A stretch of 64,000 nucleotides of DNA from positions 5,505,079-5,569,078 of the forward strand of contig OZ316898.1 in assembly GCA_973895155.1 (NCBI GenBank), read 5' to 3'. Both the position numbers and the translations under genes were made by a program. Positions 62,500 through 64,000 of the stretch are shown in pieces. The stretch comes from Marsupella aquatica. Taxonomy: Eukaryota > Plantae > Marchantiophyta. The notes under the pieces were generated by a model. The model was not told where the DNA came from, searched no databases, and worked only from the letters and a program-made list of their open reading frames with translations. The first letter of the stretch is position 1. Each line of letters begins with the position of its first letter.

Positions 62500-63045
62500 A
62501 AAGAAAAGTAATGAAGGGCAGCATGGAAACAATTAGAAATCCAAGCTGATCCAAATGATTAATTTTAATGATCATGGAGGTACAAGGGATTTGGAATTAG
62601 GGGAAGGAGTATCAGCATGAGTATGGAGATAGTTTCATCTTGTAGGTTAGCCTATGCAAATGGGTTTCATCTTCTAGGTTGTTTTTTGACCCAAATGCTC
62701 TGTTCATGTGATCACAATTAACACAGATGATCATGTAGAACTCAGGCACACAAGTCTTACAAAGCACTTCCCCGGCGGGCCTTGACAAAGGAGGCAAAAT
62801 ATGCCGCTCAAGCTTCATCTGATACCTTTCTCACCCTCGTTATTGAGATCTTTGGGCGTCTTCATCATTAGTTTGATGGGCTTCTTCGGCAACCTGCTCG
62901 TGATTTTCACGGATGGAGATGTGGGTTCCTCCGGACCGCCACTATCTATCTTGACCACACACTTTTGTCAGTGCATTTCAGTGGCCTTACATCGTGCCCA
63001 GGCTCGAGCCATTCATCATCAATCCCTCACAGTGGGCGCCAGTGT
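62500..63045 (-). mobile_element. Gypsy (Tat/Athila-like) PBS and degenerate gag remnant
   Basis: Minus strand acac-TGGCGCCCACTGTG PBS-like site near 63030-63042; downstream decayed SPYS...F.IP....HL...F..SML gag-like pattern. Confidence 0.4.
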
Positions 63046-63471
63046 GCCCCCTAGACACTAGCCCCCCTAGAGTACATTCCTATCACACTTGCTGATTTAG
63101 TTATGACGTTGGATGTGACCCATTAGCTCTTGTCACATATTCCAATGTAGACATTAATCATTGAATTTGCACTCATGTAGTGTTTGACACTTTTATCTTT
63201 CTAGTTGTCATTTTTTAAGTTTACACTTTCTTTTATTTTTTCTGGTTAGATGTTGTCCTCTTTGGAGCTCTTTTTCTTTCCTTTCATTGTACTTTGTTGT
63301 TCCCTGATTTATTCTGATGCGCCTTTTAAACTTCAAGGGACTTGTCACTTTGAATGGATCACTAAATTATGAACCAGACAAGAGATCTGGGTACACAACT
63401 AATTTAAATTTAAATCTCATGCAGCTAGGTACAGTAGAGGAATGGGCCGGTTGTAACAAATAAAATTTCCA

Positions 63472-63735
63472 GGAAGAGAGTATACCTCAATAACAGTTGA
63501 CTGTGTTTTAATTTAACCTCATGCGGAAGTGAGTGTACCTTAATAACAGTTAGCTATGTTCTAAATTAAATCTCTGGTGGAAGTGAGTATACCTTAATAA
63601 TATTTAACTGTGTTTTAAATTAAAATCTCAGGCGGAAGTGAGTATACCTTAATAATAGTTAACTATGTTTTAACCTAACATCTCAGGCTGACGTGAGGGA
63701 TACCTCAGGAACATTTAATTGTGTTTTAAATTAAG
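63472..63735. repeat. 5 tandem copies of a ~54-bp unit
   Basis: ggaagtgagtatacct.aataa.a.tt..ct.tgtt.taa.ttaa..ctca repeated. Confidence 0.9.
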
Positions 63736-64000
63736 CATTTTTATTAGTAACCTGTCCCCCCAACTACTCAATATTACTAGCATGCCCCGCAAACACCCAA
63801 ACAAAATTAATTGTCAACCTTTCCCCCATTTTATATTAGAGTTAGTATGAATTAGTATACAGGTTCTTGTTGTCATGTGGCAACTCACTATAATTAGCTA
63901 GCCTTAACCACCTCCTTTGACCCCCCCTCTCCCCTTCCCCATGGCAGGGCACAGTTGCAGGTTCGGAGGGGAAAAAATGAGTTACTGTTTGCTCGATCCA

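Overview
Eukaryotic, land-plant-like DNA (plant-type eIF6, PIP-family reductases, Copia/Gypsy/Harbinger/Helitron relics); a non-seed plant is my guess but the sequence does not prove it. The core (about 23.7-44.4 kb) is a duplicated cassette. It contains a minus-strand intronless gene for an uncharacterised membrane-anchored protein with a permuted papain-like (PPPDE/LRAT-type) His...Glu...Asn-Cys signature, set head-to-head with two intronless isoflavone-reductase/PCBER-like (PIP family) NADPH reductases, types A and B. There are 4 reductase copies (2 intact, 2 frameshifted) and 3 near-full-length copies plus a fragment of the papain-fold gene (1 intact). Losses are reciprocal between the two cassette copies, so one intact copy of each type survives. 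Downstream lie an intact intronless eIF6 gene with tandemly repeated upstream DNA and a complete 2,681-bp pogo-like DD36D transposon with 24-bp TIRs, a TA target duplication and one stop in the transposase body. The rest is TE debris and tandem repeats: three Helitron-like elements carrying a purine-rich minisatellite, a foldback element, LTRs, Harbinger, LINE and SINE-like relics. I could not resolve a gene in about 2-17 kb.
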